A DNA stretch of 63,809 nt, counting the filler, from Nemertoderma westbladi (Eukaryota; Animalia; Xenacoelomorpha): the NCBI GenBank assembly GCA_032718475.1. It is 3 parts of 3 records of this genome, joined end to end, with 100 filler letters (N's around TTAATTAATTAA, not from the genome) between each part and the next. Parts side by side here need not be neighbours in the genome. Positions count along the whole stretch, not along the records: positions 25,261 to 54,008 come from JAUCBJ010002991.1; positions 54,109 to 63,809 come from JAUCBJ010001120.1; 1 more part is not named here. One strand, given 5' to 3'. A program made the translations under genes and the position numbers. A model generated the notes under the pieces. That model was not told the origin of the DNA, ran no database searches, and saw only the letters and a program-made list of their open reading frames with translations. Positions 48,391-61,528 of the stretch are shown in pieces (the first letter of the stretch is position 1; the number at the start of each line of letters is the position of its first letter).

Positions 48391-49987
48391 TCAACCCTGC
48401 AAACCATAGCAACATTAAAATAATGTTTATTAACATCTTTATTCATATAATAAAATATTAAAATTCAAATGTTAAACTAATGCCAGTTTTAATATTTTTT
48501 TGGCAAAGCGCTCGGACCCTGTGCAATAGAAGTGCACTTTTGGCAGTATTTGGTAACACATATTAATCAGTGTTATTTTAACATTGGAATTTTAATAGTT
48601 AGTGGATTTCCCACCCTTAACATTCTAATGTTATTCTAACATTAAGCTAATATTGGAATTATTTCATAGCATTCTCATAGCATTCCTGATTTTTTTTTCT
48701 CACTATTTTCTCATTATTATTCTAACATTAGTACATCAATACTAAAACATTATGATTTTAATGTTAAAATGCATGGTATCTTGTAATAGGCCTACATAGA
48801 GTTTCCATATAAACAATGTTATTTCTATAAATGCAAAAACTTATTACACCTGAACAAAATTGGTGCGGTTTGTTTTAATATTACAGAATAACAATGGGTA
48901 AAAACGCTATTTATTAATATTATAATCATAATGTGAATAATAATGTTAGTATGTGTACACCCGTTGAAAATATGGAAATGAAACAGACCAACCCAAGACG
49001 CAATGCTTTTATCTTATTATCTTATAGCAAATACATATAACTAACAACAGTAATATTTTATAATAATGTCTGGTTAATCCCTAATGTAGTGCTAATCTCG
49101 TAGGTATAAAAACACGAACGTTTCCGATACATAATAGGACAATCTATTACAATTTTATTATTAATTGAAAAGATATTGCAAGAAACAAACAATTAAAATT
49201 TGATATAAATATAAATAAAGGTTGACCTATTTTATGCACATGTATTGGCCCTACGGTATAAAGTTCATATAAGTCCAATCAAAAGTCTCCATTCCAGTCT
49301 CGATTTCGTTTTCTATCTTTTCGATTGCGATGCAATCCTCGGCTCCTCCAACTTTTCTAGCACTGTAAAGTAATTAAGATTACATTAATTAAGATTTCAT
49401 TGATTACATTATTAAGATTACCATAATATTAAGTTGACAGCGAAACGGTATTCCATGATATAAGTTAAGAAAATTATGTTATAAATCCTCAAACTTAAAC
49501 CAACCCATCCACATGCATAATATTTAACACACAAATCCTCACCACTATTATTTATCTAATACAAAACTAATCTTTCTTTATATACCCATAATCGCACCAT
49601 TGCATTAAATTATAATATTTAATTAAATTTTGAGGTCTATGCATTATAATATAATTATACTTACATGTGCTTAGATCCACCAGCGCGCCACGCAACTTGA
49701 ACAAAATAGTTTGTAATCACTTTCTCTATCTTCGCGTCAACACCATAGGCCTAGTGTTCAGTGAGAAAGCTAGAAGAAATTTAATTGAAAATTAATTTAA
49801 ATTTGTATCTCTAACTGAGCCTCGTGCTGCGCGAAGGCCCCACGGACGTGTTTTGTTAGGTTATTATGTTACGAGCTTCAAACTATAGCAGTTCTTCCTA
49901 GGGTACAGAATAAAGTTATTTACTTTACTTTCTTTACATAAAATGAAACACAATAATATTATGTTCAAATTATCCTACTGCGTGAAT

Positions 49988-50687
49988 GTGGGGCGAGCCA
50001 CGAAAGTAAGCGTTCTCTAGATCTGTAGGTCCGTGTTTTGAAATGTTAATAACTCGGATAATTCTCGATGAAATCTAATCAAACTTAGTACACATGTTGT
50101 TTGGTAAAAGTTTATAAATTTTCCAATTAGAATTTGCGTGGGGCCTTCAGGATGAGCTAATGAAGAGACTCGTATTATATGTTGAATATACTTGCAAGCT
50201 TTAGTACAGAATATTGGACGATATGTCAATTTGATAGCACCGGTGGTGGAATGTCTTATGCTAGTTATTTGGTGATCAGATGTACAGGACGAGTGCAACG
50301 AGGGTTGTAATGAAGACGAGAGTTTTAAAAATAACTCGTAAACAACCTGGTTTAGCATATTAGACGGTTGACACTTTATCCAATATTGCAATATCCAATA
50401 AGGAATGTTTTAAGGCATATATTTGGTGACCAGGTTGTATAGGACGAACGCAACAAGTTTTGTAGTGGATACAAGTATTCATCTTCTATAAATCGTGTTA
50501 AGGCAGGTTAAATACTCAAGTCAAGTTAAATAGTTAAAAAGCGTGTAAGGTTAAACTGAAATGGACCTCTGCTTTTTACAACCAGTTTATGCATCACTGA
50601 TTGATATCTTGGAAATGACGGTTTCCGTTTATCTAATAGAGATTAGTACACTTTCTTATAGACTTTCGTGCTGCGCGAAGGCCCCAC
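49988..50687 (+). mobile_element. HINE-like element copy (plus an orphan 3' end at ~49790-49850)
   Basis: GTGGGGCGAGCCACGAA, core, GTGGGGCCTTC, variable interior, GCTGCGCGAAGGCCCCAC. Confidence 0.6.
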
Positions 50688-51161
50688 AATGTGTCAATAA
50701 ATGTTAGAAATAAATAAATAAATGTCATATGCCAACTTGCATTAGCGTCAATGTACTGTATGTGTACCGGCGTAGCCTATATGTACTGTAACAATATGTG
50801 TACTGGCGTATTATACTGTAACAATTCCATATCAGTATGTAACAAATAATATGAAAAATTGTCTAACCTTTAATACATCTTAGAACGATTAATTTTCCCG
50901 ATGGCATGTCTAGCGGTTTTTGCAAATTTCTCGGCGAATGTGTTTCCATCCATCGTGCACAGATGGCAAAACTCGCAGCCGATAGTGATTGTGAGAAGTT
51001 GGAGAATTCGTCAATCTACAAAGATTAGAAAAAACTCCTCGCTTACTAACATTTTAATGCTAAAATATTTAAACAATTATTACATTAATAAAAATTATTA
51101 ATTACTGATCTAGAACAAATAATAAGAAATCAAAAGAATACGTTTCGAGAACGTATCGAGC

Positions 51162-51225
51162 AAAGCAAACAGTCGGCTGAAGCCGGAAGCGATCCGAAGG
51201 CTCCTCTTTCGATAGCTACTACACG
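51162..51225 (-). mobile_element. SINE 3' tail fragment
   Basis: Reverse complement matches 56960-57022 (GCTATCGAAAGAGG.GCCTTCGG.TCGC.TCCGGCTTC). Confidence 0.7.
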
Positions 51226-52533
51226 AAGGTATTGTAGTAATCTTCAACAATTCGAACAATTCTGATTCTGTTTTACTCAATTTATTAAATAATTTAATGT
51301 CAAATTCGACTTCCCATATAGGATAAAAGGATAAAGATGCCATTATCATTCTACCTTATAATTTGCACCAGTGCATTATTCTCCTGTAGGGCCTTTTCCC
51401 ATTTGGCTAAATCCTCAGGAGAAGACTACTGGCTGGTCGGGGAACAGGAACTCTGACTGAAGAGTCTCTCCTTGAATCCATTCCATTATTTTTAAAGTTC
51501 CTTGGACACTCTTCAACTCCTCCTTCCTCCTTTATTTCCACCAAGAAGGGAACAATATTATGTAGAGGGGGCATGACAGGCAAAACACCCACCCCGCCCC
51601 CCTCTTGAAGTTTGTTTATTGTGCAAAATTTTTTTTTAACAATATTTAGATATTTACTGTACTGTAACTAAAACGCAAGCGGCCTTTCGGATCTCGTGCG
51701 TGGTCTCTGTGGCACATGCCTTATTGGTCTCATTGACAACCGCACATTAGGACTGATATATCTGTAGGGGTGTAGGCCTACTGTAGGTATGGCTGTATGG
51801 AACCGTACTGAAAAACATCCATGTACTGTAAGTTACGGTCCAGGAAAACCAAAACATGAACACATTTGGTTCATGCGGATGCACTGAGTAGGTGTGTTAA
51901 ACAATCTGCACTGGCAATGTTAGCTTATTCAATCCCGCTAACACCCCATAAAGTTATAAGCCGATAAGCAATATTGGGAGCCACGAGATTGGATAATTAA
52001 CCAACTCGTGCCATCCCAATAAGAGTGGGAAGGAAGCACACAATAGAGGGTCAGGGGCCAAACCCCTAACCCAGAGAGAATAGGTGGAGTGAACGGGAAC
52101 ACTCCAAGGGGCGCCAACAAGGGTATCAACCAATCAAGGCATCGATTAGGTAGAGCAACAAGGCCAACCGTGCAATATAGCCACTTGGCAGTAATAATAC
52201 CAATTCAGTTATCTCAGTGCAATACCGGTGCTAGTTTAGGTTATTACATAGTTTTAGATAGGGAAGGACCGGGACTTTAGTTACCGTATCCCGCCTTCCA
52301 TATACGACAATACTATATCTATATCTATATCCACATATTATATTATATACGACAAACAACATCAGAACTCATTTCACTCTTTATACACGGCGGGGACGCG
52401 TGAACTAAAACCGGATAAACCGGGATCCCTCTTGGATCCCGTCACAGTAACTAAACCCTTCGGCAGTAACCAAACCCAGCTGCCGCCCTAGATAAACTCG
52501 TAACCACTAGCCACCGAAATCTGCAGAAGAGAG

Positions 52534-53370
52534 ATGAGTCAGTCAGGTGACACGACACCGACGCGGACCCCGGACGAAGACCTAACGATCCGCGAGGCCG
52601 CAACCAGGCGATACAGGCCCACAACGCCGGACCCATCGGTAACGGGTCATCCGGCAGTTCAGGACGAGGGGGGCCTGGAACCCGAGCTCGAGCCGAGAGG
52701 AAGAGAGAGCGGGACGGAGGGAGACGGAGACGAGTCGACACGGGACGGGGGTCGACGCACCGGTGTCGCCGGCCAGCCACAGGCCGAGGGCGACGAGCGG
52801 CCCACCGAAACGGCGACGGTGGGGCCGACGGTGCGGCCCCGGACGCAGAGAGACGAACGAGATATCGGTACCGATGTCGCCGGCCAGCCACAGGCCGAGG
52901 GCGACGGACGGCCCACCGGAACGGCGACGGTGGGGCCGCCGGTACGACGTCGAACCCGGAGAGACGGACGAGAGGTCGGCGAAGAGGACGTCGGGGTTTC
53001 TGAGCGACTTCGACGGGCCTACAACGCGACCCGGAGACTACTAGAGGAGGCCAGAAAGGGGAAAACGATAGACGAGGTAAAACTGAAGTCAGGACTAGGT
53101 AAGTCGGACAGACATTTATACTATCTAATGCATTTCGGGCAGAGAGAATTGGCCGAGGAGAGAGCGGAAAGGGTTGCCGAGGAACTGTATGACTCATGGC
53201 GGCATGGGGGTATACAACCTAGTGTAGTGTACATAGGGCCATATTTAATCGATGCCCAGGGTATAAAATTAGAGGGTTGGAACAGACCTGAGGAGGGCGA
53301 ATCCGAGGCTGACCCTGCGGATTCGGTCTCGTCGGTCGGAGGGGAGTTCCGGGAGGAGGGGGAAAGCTAG
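52534..53370 (+). CDS. Gag-like N-terminal ORF of a probable LTR retrotransposon
   Basis: 278-aa GC-rich acidic ORF with a 37-aa internal duplication. Preceded by an LTR-like end (..TATACA at ~52387) and a PBS-like CGGCGGGGACGCG. No diagnostic domain. Confidence 0.4.
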   Translation: MSQSGDTTPTRTPDEDLTIREAATRRYRPTTPDPSVTGHPAVQDEGGLEPELEPRGRESGTEGDGDESTRDGGRRTGVAGQPQAEGDERPTETATVGPTVRPRTQRDERDIGTDVAGQPQAEGDGRPTGTATVGPPVRRRTRRDGREVGEEDVGVSERLRRAYNATRRLLEEARKGKTIDEVKLKSGLGKSDRHLYYLMHFGQRELAEERAERVAEELYDSWRHGGIQPSVVYIGPYLIDAQGIKLEGWNRPEEGESEADPADSVSSVGGEFREEGES

Positions 53371-53440
53371 TAGATCGGGAAGGCGGAGGGAATCCTCCAC
53401 AACCGATAAGTCTGCTACATCCTCCGCGAAAGAAAGACGG

Positions 53441-54008
53441 GTGAGAGAGATAGACGCTAGGTACCGTCTCAATCTAGCAGTGCAAGGTAATAGAGAAGTA
53501 GGTAGACGGCTAGAGGAAGGGAGAGTGCTGCTAGAGAGGGAAATGGCGTCGATTGGAGAGATAAGAGAGAGGGCCGAAAGGGCCGTGAGGAGCCTTAGGG
53601 AGTATGATGAAATAGAGTTGAAGGAACAAGAAGAGCGTGTGGCGAGAGAGAAAAGCGAACGCGAGAAGCGTGAAGCGAAGGAGGAAAGTGAACGCAGAGA
53701 GCGTGAAGCGAGGGAGGAGAGTGAGCGTAGAGCGCGTGAGGCGAGGCGAAGGGAGGGGATTAGGAGAGAGATGGAATTGGCCAAGCAGACCGAACGGGAG
53801 GCTATGGATAAAATAGCAAAAGTGGAGCGTGAGCGAAAAGAATTGGAGAAACAGCGAGACAAACTCGTAGAGTATGAAGCTGTACACACGCGTGAGGTGG
53901 AACTGGCGCAGATGGGGGAGTCTGAGAGCGAGGCTGGCTCTAGTATTTTTGAGGAGCCGGGGGCCGTGGATACATTTATTAATACCCCACTTACAGGGAC
54001 CGCACGAC
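53441..54008 (+). CDS. Coiled-coil (E/R-rich) continuation of the gag-like ORF, truncated by the gap
   Basis: EREKREAKEESERREREARE repeats. Shifted frame relative to the upstream ORF. Confidence 0.4.
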
Positions 54009-54108
54009 NNNNNNNNNNNNNNNNNNNNNNNNNNNNNNNNNNNNNNNNNNNNTTAATTAATTAANNNNNNNNNNNNNNNNNNNNNNNNNNNNNNNNNNNN
54101 NNNNNNNN
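54009..54108. other. Assembly spacer (N44-TTAATTAATTAA-N44)
   Basis: Same linker as at 25161. Confidence 0.99.
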
Positions 54109-56540
54109 CATAGCCTCTTTTAAGAATTTTTTACTGGGCGGCACAGTCACTCGCCATGGCAAATTGTATGAGTGGGGGGGGGGGGGGGGGGGGGGTGAAT
54201 TTGATACACATTTTTAATGTGTGTGAACGAAAAACTATTAAGCATACTGTAATATATTGTTTATTGACAATAATGGATATAATTTCTATAAGAAGCAACA
54301 ACTAATTTTACAAAACTTAATTAAATCATTATTTTACATAAATATTAAATTATAATAGAAAATGTGGCACCTATACCGGAAATTCAGAGGTGGTTAAAAC
54401 AGGTTTGATAACAAAATTAATAATTATACAATTATTTCCGAATATTTTTAACAATAAGGCCAGCTAGAAAGAAAATAATAACATTAGATTACATTACACT
54501 AAAAATTAAATGAAACCAATAATAATTCAATTTATTGCATCATAAAATATAGCCATTTATATTTCAATATAATAGATGTAACATTAAATATACATTAATT
54601 CAATTACATGTACATACTGTATTACATTTACAATTTATATTTAATAGGTGAGAAAATGCCATACACAGCCCAATCAAAAATTAATTAATTATCTATAAGG
54701 TAAGAAATAAAATTTAATAATTATATACTATTTGAAAAAACTGCTTTCTCTCTAAAAGTTTTACAAATTTATTAGTGAAATAAAGTAACTTGTTTTCATT
54801 AAATTGCAAAATTATTGAAAATAAGTGTCTGATACCATTTGAAGGAAAGGAGCAGATTACAGAGGCTGCCGGCTTTTCTAACCAAAACAATAAACGATAT
54901 TTCGATAACGGAACAAGCTATGAACAAACAGACTTCAGATTTGGAATTCTGATGAAATGTTGCTCTAGATGAAATGAAAAAAAAATCGGTATTAAGGATC
55001 GGGAGATTAAAATCGGTGGTAAGGTTATTAATGTGTAGAAAATAGGAGGTACCTGTAGTATGCACCAAATTTATTTGAGCCGGAAATTGTAATATTATAA
55101 AGCCAGATAGAGGGGGGGGGGGGGGGGGGGGAACTGGATGCAATAAAAATTCATCCCTCTCCAGGGGAAATTCGACGCAAATAACAGCTGATTACTCTCA
55201 AAAATAAAACTGTAAACTGTTTTGTTTAGTTTATTGTTTTGGTTAAAATAACATGCCACTGTAACCTGCTCCTTTCCCTAAATTGATAATTTAACTGAGG
55301 CGGGATATTAATTCGCCAAGATGGGATTTGCGTCCACTTCCCCTGTCTATATAAAGCTGTAAAAGTGCTAGATTATAAGACTTGAATTTAATCTTATAAT
55401 AATTATTTCTTTAATAAATAATTAAATTATTGTCGGCCAAAATATACTCGCCCATGTGAAGAATTCCAGGATTTCACTTTTCGGTCGACTTTTTATTGGA
55501 ATTTTATATATGAAGATTTTGTATTTTTTTTTATTTATCCTTATAAGTGTTTTATAGCGCTTATTTCTGTCTTATAACCTGTACAGATAATAATTAGTTT
55601 ATTGTTTTGGTTAGATTCAGCCCTTCTGAAACCTGTGGTTATAGTGAAAACCTGGTATTCTTCACATGGGGGTAACTGCAAAGTGAAATATAATGGCAGA
55701 AAGTCTGGTATTCTTCACATGGGCCTAAATATACTTATTAAAAATAATATAATTAAATTTATAAGAAAAATAATATCAGTATCATAAATAAATAAATAAA
55801 TATACAGTATCATAAAAATCATTATTAAAACTTAATAAATTATTACAGTATTATTAATAAAATAATAATAGTATTATTATAATTATATCAAATTATTAAT
55901 AAATGTACATAGACGAACCCCAATTAAGTAGTTAAACACTTAATTTTCAAAACCAATTTATTACATAATAAAGCAATGATGCAATGTAAGCCCTGCCGTC
56001 TCGGGGTAGTTTATAATGACTAATAAACTTCTAAATCTCTCCTGAATACTAATAGTAACATATACTGAAAACTGACTACTCTTAACAGGGGTAGGGGGTT
56101 AAAGGTGCCAGACAGGTAAGTATGGTGATAGCAAGCAGCCTTGGAAGTTGGAACTATCCAATATCCATCTGAGGCACCAATTAACTGCAGTAAGCCTATC
56201 AGGAATCTATAGACATCTACACAATGATTGGACCAAAGGCGCGACCTTTACTAACATTAGTAAAGGTCGCATTGGGTTGGACACTGACTCATCCCTCCAC
56301 TACTACTACTACTACTGTACTATGGCTATCACCCATTGAAGTCTCTGTGCTGTCAATCACTTATTCCTTTAGAAGTTTATGTAGGTACTTTACTGGGATT
56401 GATACATATTAGATTGGTCGCTGGCTGAGGCTAGTCCAGATATAATATATTAGGAAGGCACTCTGGCTGTGACTGGGCGGCAAATTGATTCAACTGGGCG
56501 GCACTTGTGCCGCCTAGTGGCAAAGTTAAACGAGGCTATG
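54109..56540. mobile_element. Non-autonomous hAT-like element (~2.4 kb) with nested MITEs
   Basis: TIR CATAGCCTCTTTTAA / TTAAACGAGGCTATG. Subterminal CTGGGCGGCA motifs at both ends. The left TSD is lost in the gap. Confidence 0.7.
55450..55724. mobile_element. MITE
   Basis: TIRs GCCCATGTGAAGAATTCCAG / CTGGTATTCTTCACATGGGC, with an extra internal TIR copy at ~55652-55671. Confidence 0.7.
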
Positions 56541-56774
56541 ATTTATGATGTGAGGTGTGAACAACTTAATGAAAAGGTTAATATTAACTCCCTTTGTCAC
56601 TGTATATGGGGTGGAGGGTGGGTGATATGGACGGAATTGTCTTAATACCAGGTTTTCAGTAGGCCTAAACTGCTCTGTGTTTCACGTAGTATTTGTTTTA
56701 TGTCGCTGTCGCTGCATAGTTTACAGCCATGCACAATAGATTTGCTTTAAGTAAGACCAGGTAGCTAAGACCAT

Positions 56775-57027
56775 GGCTGGGTAGCTGAGTTGGTTGAGCG
56801 CCGGGCCTGCAATCTATTGGTTGTAGGTTCAGCCCCGCCTGGTTCCACTCAGCCTTACATCCACTGGGGTCGATAAAATGAGTACCAGTTAAATTACTGG
56901 GAGCAAATATCTTGGGGTATGAGTAGCGCACCCCCCCCCCCCCCCCCCCCCCCCCTATCGGTAGCAGCTATCGAAAGAGGGGCCTTCGGGTCGCCTCCGG
57001 CTTCGGTCGACTGTTTGGTTTTGATTT
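56775..57027 (+). mobile_element. tRNA-derived SINE with a Meta-like central domain and an RTE-like tail
   Basis: A-box TAGCTGAGTTGG, degenerate B-box GGTTCAGCCCC, central ACTCAGCCTTACATCC..GGGGTCGATAAAATGAGTACC, and 3' GCCTTCGGGTCGCC. Confidence 0.8.
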
Positions 57028-57122
57028 TAAGACCGAGTTAGACGCATCTGTTACCAATGAACAATGGTCAATACCGGACTATGACTTCCAACCTTTCAGC
57101 TTTCCGTGTGGTACTTTAGCAG

Positions 57123-57355
57123 GGGTGAGTTCAAAACAAAGTCCCAAAACTTTACTGCCCGTTCTGTACAAACAAAGAGGTAAGGTCGCGTTAGGTCCCA
57201 AAAGAGCGTTAGGTCACATTTAAAGGATCAGGTTAGTAAAGGAGCAGGTTACAGAGACGTGTTGGGGGAACCGAAACAATAAACGAAAGTTATCACATGT
57301 TTGTTTACAAGATTAAGCAGGTCTTTATAATTGGGTCTTTGTTTTGTACTCACCC
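57123..57355. mobile_element. MULE-type MITE (family of 38739-39120)
   Basis: GGGTGAGT...ACTCACCC termini with a perfect 9-bp TSD CTTTAGCAG (57114-57122 and 57356-57364). Confidence 0.88.
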
Positions 57356-57549
57356 CTTTAGCAGTGTAGGTCTGATGTCCTACATGGATAAGGTTTAGGT
57401 GGCTTTAGATCCCAGTGACATTAGATCCATTACGGACCTTCGGACCTATGGCAATAATGGCAAAATGATATGATTAAAATGATATGATTACTATAAATGG
57501 CTGTTTAGTCCTCTCTGCGTATGAAAAAAATGAAAAAAACAAGTAACCA

Positions 57550-58724
57550 GCACTTTTCAGTTAGAACACAAAATTTTTAATTCACTTATACGATGCTATA
57601 AATTCACATTTTCAGGTTTTCTAGAGCGCTGATTCTAATGGAATACATTTCTAAAATGCCCCATTATTGCTACTTGTATTTTTCGGCGTAATTTGGCAAA
57701 TTTTGGTGCTAGGACCAAATTTCGTACCCATCACCAAAAAGTACAAGTTTGCGATGTACAGTGCTGTTTTTATTGATTCCATCGGATTCAGGACCCTCAT
57801 AAACCCATATGACGCAATAAACAAGATGATACTATCTACTGATCAATTTTCTTATTTCCAAAATTTGGTGCTGGCACAACAATTTTCACCCACTTGCGAA
57901 AAATACAAGTTTGAAAACTCTTCTGAAATTTTTACTGATTCCATTAAATTTAGAACCCTCATAAACCCGTATATCGCAAGACACAAGGTGACACAATCAA
58001 TATATATATTTGATGGTTTTCAAAATTTGGTGCTAGCACCACATTTTGCACCCACTTCCGAAAAATACAAGTTTGAGATGCCTAGTTCAAAAATTATATA
58101 TTCCATTCAATTCAGAACAGCCATAAACCTCTAAAACGCAAGAAATAAATTGTCACAAACAATTTTATCAATTGAATGGATTTTCAAAACTTCGTGCTAG
58201 CACCAAAATTTGCACCCACCACCGAAAAATGCAAGTTTGATACGCTTAGTGCAACTCGTATATATTTCATCGAAACCAGAACCCCAAAAAACCCCAATTG
58301 CGTTAAAAACAAGTTTCACACAATCAATTTACAAAATTGACATATTTCAAAATTTGGTGCTGGCACCAAAAATTGGCACAATTGGAAAAAAACAAGTTTG
58401 AAATTTCTAAATCAATTTATATGAATTCCATCCAATTTCTAACACCAAAAAACCGGTGTAAATCAAAAATAGAGATGTTACAATTCATATTTAATGAAAT
58501 GTAATTTTCAAAAAACGACTCACAAAAAGTGCCAAAAGTAGGGTTAAAAAATGGTGCTATAACTCGAAAACTACCCAATATTTTTGAAAACGGTTTTCAA
58601 TACTCGGAAGACAATATATTTTTAGGAAAAGTCATAAAATTTCAGATTCCCAACTGCGTTTGTTTCAGAATTATAATAAAAAAACCACGGGGGGGGGTCA
58701 TATTGACCCCCCCCCCCGGGTTAA
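57550..58724 (-). mobile_element. piggyBac-like non-autonomous element with ~163-bp internal tandem units
   Basis: Inverted homologue of 48003-48390 ending at TTAA 58721-58724. AAATTTGGTGCT-like motifs at about 57700, 57860, 58022, 58185 and 58350. Confidence 0.6.
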
Positions 58725-60500
58725 CCTGTGTTGTGTTATGCACACTTGTTCTTTCCTCGGGCTTTCTTCCATGAATTCTCTTAGGAGACGTAGGAGGAGT
58801 TGTAACCTGTTCTCTCCTGTTACTGGTTCGAGACTTAGATTTACTTACGTCTTTCCTAACTTTATTGACATAATAAGATCTTTCGGTGTCCTTACCGCTG
58901 TTCTCATCGTAGGACGTCGTCGTCTGACTCCCACAATCCGTATAACACACTGGTGTTACCTCTCTCCTAGTAACGGGTTTTTCACTTACCTGACTTTCCG
59001 GAGTCTTCTCTCTAGACTGTTTTAGGAGTTGTAATCTTACCTCTTTGTTTAAGAATGACAGAAGGTCCGCCATGGTTGGATCTCTATGTTGTTGGTCCAT
59101 CAAATAGATAACCCTTTTGTCCCAGCGATACCTACTCCACCCTTTGGCAAAGTCGATGCTATGGCTCCTACAACCATATAACTCTGGTATTCTTGAGACT
59201 TACCTAACCAATCTAGCTGTCTACAGATCTCCTGAATCTCATCGGAAAACTCTATAACCCCGCTGCTAAGAAACTTTCTGGGCGCTACTAATTTCGCATA
59301 CAAATACCTAGCTATGTTAGTCCTATTACCATACCTGATGTTTAGTGTATCCCAAACTTGTCTTAATCCGTCTGGATGTCCAATAAACTTTAACGCCATT
59401 AACTTGGGAGGTCCTTCCAAGCACTCGATGAGGAATCGAAGTTTCTCTCCATTGGATAGTACAGAGTTCTGCATGTTATCTTTATAATATTCATTATAAG
59501 GTAACCATTTCATCTCATCTCCGTTGAACTTGACGATCTCTGCCACCTTTACCGCTTGACGGGCTTCGGTTCTAGCCATTTGACGTGTAACACTTTCTTG
59601 AGCCATCGTATTATTTAATATCGAGTTATCGGTATATAAATTTCTCGGATTATGATCAGATCTGTATGGGATATCATTATCAACAGGCTTATAATTATCC
59701 TTGATAGGGTTTACTATAGGAGTTTCTACTTCACTAGCAGTATAGATGCGTGTAGGCTCCACACCTTGCGCCTGAAATACTTCAGACCTAACGGGTTGAC
59801 ACATTGTTACAGGGGGTGGTGGTATACCCATTTGTATATTTACTAATTTATCGCGCTCTAAAGCGATACTCTGCTGTACTTCTTGTAACTCTAACCTACT
59901 CTCTCTTACTGTTCCCTTTAACAGCTGAACAGTCCCTTCCAATTCTCGGACCTGCTGGTAAGACTGATTCTTGTGGGCTTCCAGCTGTCCGAGCAGCTGA
60001 TTCATCCCCCGTCGTCCCTCGTCCACCCACTCAACCGCAGAGGCGGGAGCCGCCAACATGGTAGCTGGGTGGCACATAGAGACGACGGGAGACAGTTTAT
60101 TTATAATGTCTTGCTCGGCGTCCAGGGACTACCCACTGGGAAGCAGCACCGTAAACTTGCGCCAGTCACGTTTCTGCTTGTTGATAACCGGCTTGCGTGT
60201 TTGGATGTAATACATTTCAATCTTTTGCAAGACTGGCCGCAATGGGTGCCTATCAATTACTGTGAAATGTTTAAACAATGGTGTGGTTGTGCACAGTCTT
60301 ACCCTGTTCGCTCCTATCCTTGGTTGTCCCACCCTGGTGCTGTCTAACGCGTTCAAATAAGTGTTGGATGGTGTGTCCAACATATTCCCCCTTCTTATCT
60401 TCATTTCGTCTTCAAATCTTCATTTCGTTACCTGTTCCCTCCCCCCTTTGGGAATCTCTCTCTACATTTCTTGGCTTGGCATCCTGAGAATGCCTTCAGT
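58725..60500 (-). pseudogene. BEL/Pao retrotransposon gag remnant (DUF1759-like)
   Basis: IVKFNGDEMKW..Y...LSNGEKLRFLIECLEGPP...VWDTLNIRYGN and PTMADLLSFLNKE. Frameshifted, and truncated at the piggyBac-like TTAA. Confidence 0.85.
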
Positions 60501-61528
60501 TGCGGGGCGAAACCTACCGATCAGCTGGCTGCCGTCAGCTGATCACTGATTGCATGCAATGTCTAGGTCTTGTTGCTTTTTAGTTTTTTACATACTTTAG
60601 CACTGACATGCCTACCGGTAAGGTTTTTACTCAACGTGCTTGATTAATAAATAAAATACAATTAACTCTTTATTATTGGATTTTCAAGCTTCAACTTCAA
60701 TTATTAAATATAATATTATCCAATCAAAAACATTTTTTTATTTTAATTTTGATAATTGATATATCAATTTATTATTAATAAAAATTGTGAACTAAAATAC
60801 TTACCTAAAGGTAATTCCTCTACAATAATTCCTGTGAATATCAACGACCTTTATAATCATATTTAGAATCATTGTCTAGTCTACATAGCAACAGTTGTCA
60901 TGGTAACTGTGGCCAGAAACCAAGTTCAATAAACCCACTATGCACTATGTACGATACAACGGGGGTATGTTGAAACAGTACAATCACATAGTCATAGAAT
61001 GCTTTGGTAGCTGGTTTCTACAGTATGATATACTACAGTAGTTACCGTAGCAACGGTTGTCATAATAACTGTGACTCGAATTGTCGAATACAAGTTAAGT
61101 ATGCGATATACTAAGGGAATATGTTGATACTGAGGTCGCATAATGGTTAAGTTGGTTTTTGCTATGGCGTGAACCGAAGATTACTGCCCCTAGCAACGGT
61201 TACCCCGGTAACCCCGGTAACACCCCGGTAACCATGGTAACACGATTTATAAGAAATGCTCAAGGTTGTAGGGGCGACACCCTCCTAAATATTGTTCAGC
61301 AGGGTCTAATGAGTACAAAACCAATAAAACATTTTATGGGTATAAAAAAACACGGTTCACCAAAATTTGTGCTATTTGCTGCCGGACTAAACCTCTTTTA
61401 TCTCATTTACCAACATGAGTTTTGAATAAGTCTTTGCAAGCAAACTTATACATTTTGGAAACCAATGGGAATGTTGGGGGGTATATTTTTATAATTTTCA
61501 TTTATTTTAGCAAACTATTATATTGAAT

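Larger units (their letters stand above)
49251..51570 (-). pseudogene. Possible spliced DUF4806/BEN-like pseudogene
   Basis: AG/GT-bounded candidate exons 51015-50868 and 49769-49665 plus terminal exon 49362-49251 (..LIVLRCIK / ..KIEKVITNYFVQVAWRAGGSKH / IARK..*). An N-terminal-like segment FLVEIKEEGGVEECP..W lies at ~51560-51400. Contains a frameshift and stops. Confidence 0.35.

Noticed and set aside
47999-58724. Single 10.7-kb transposon defined by inverted copies at 48.0 and 58.7 kb
   Set aside because: The two copies are on different contigs separated by the artificial spacer.
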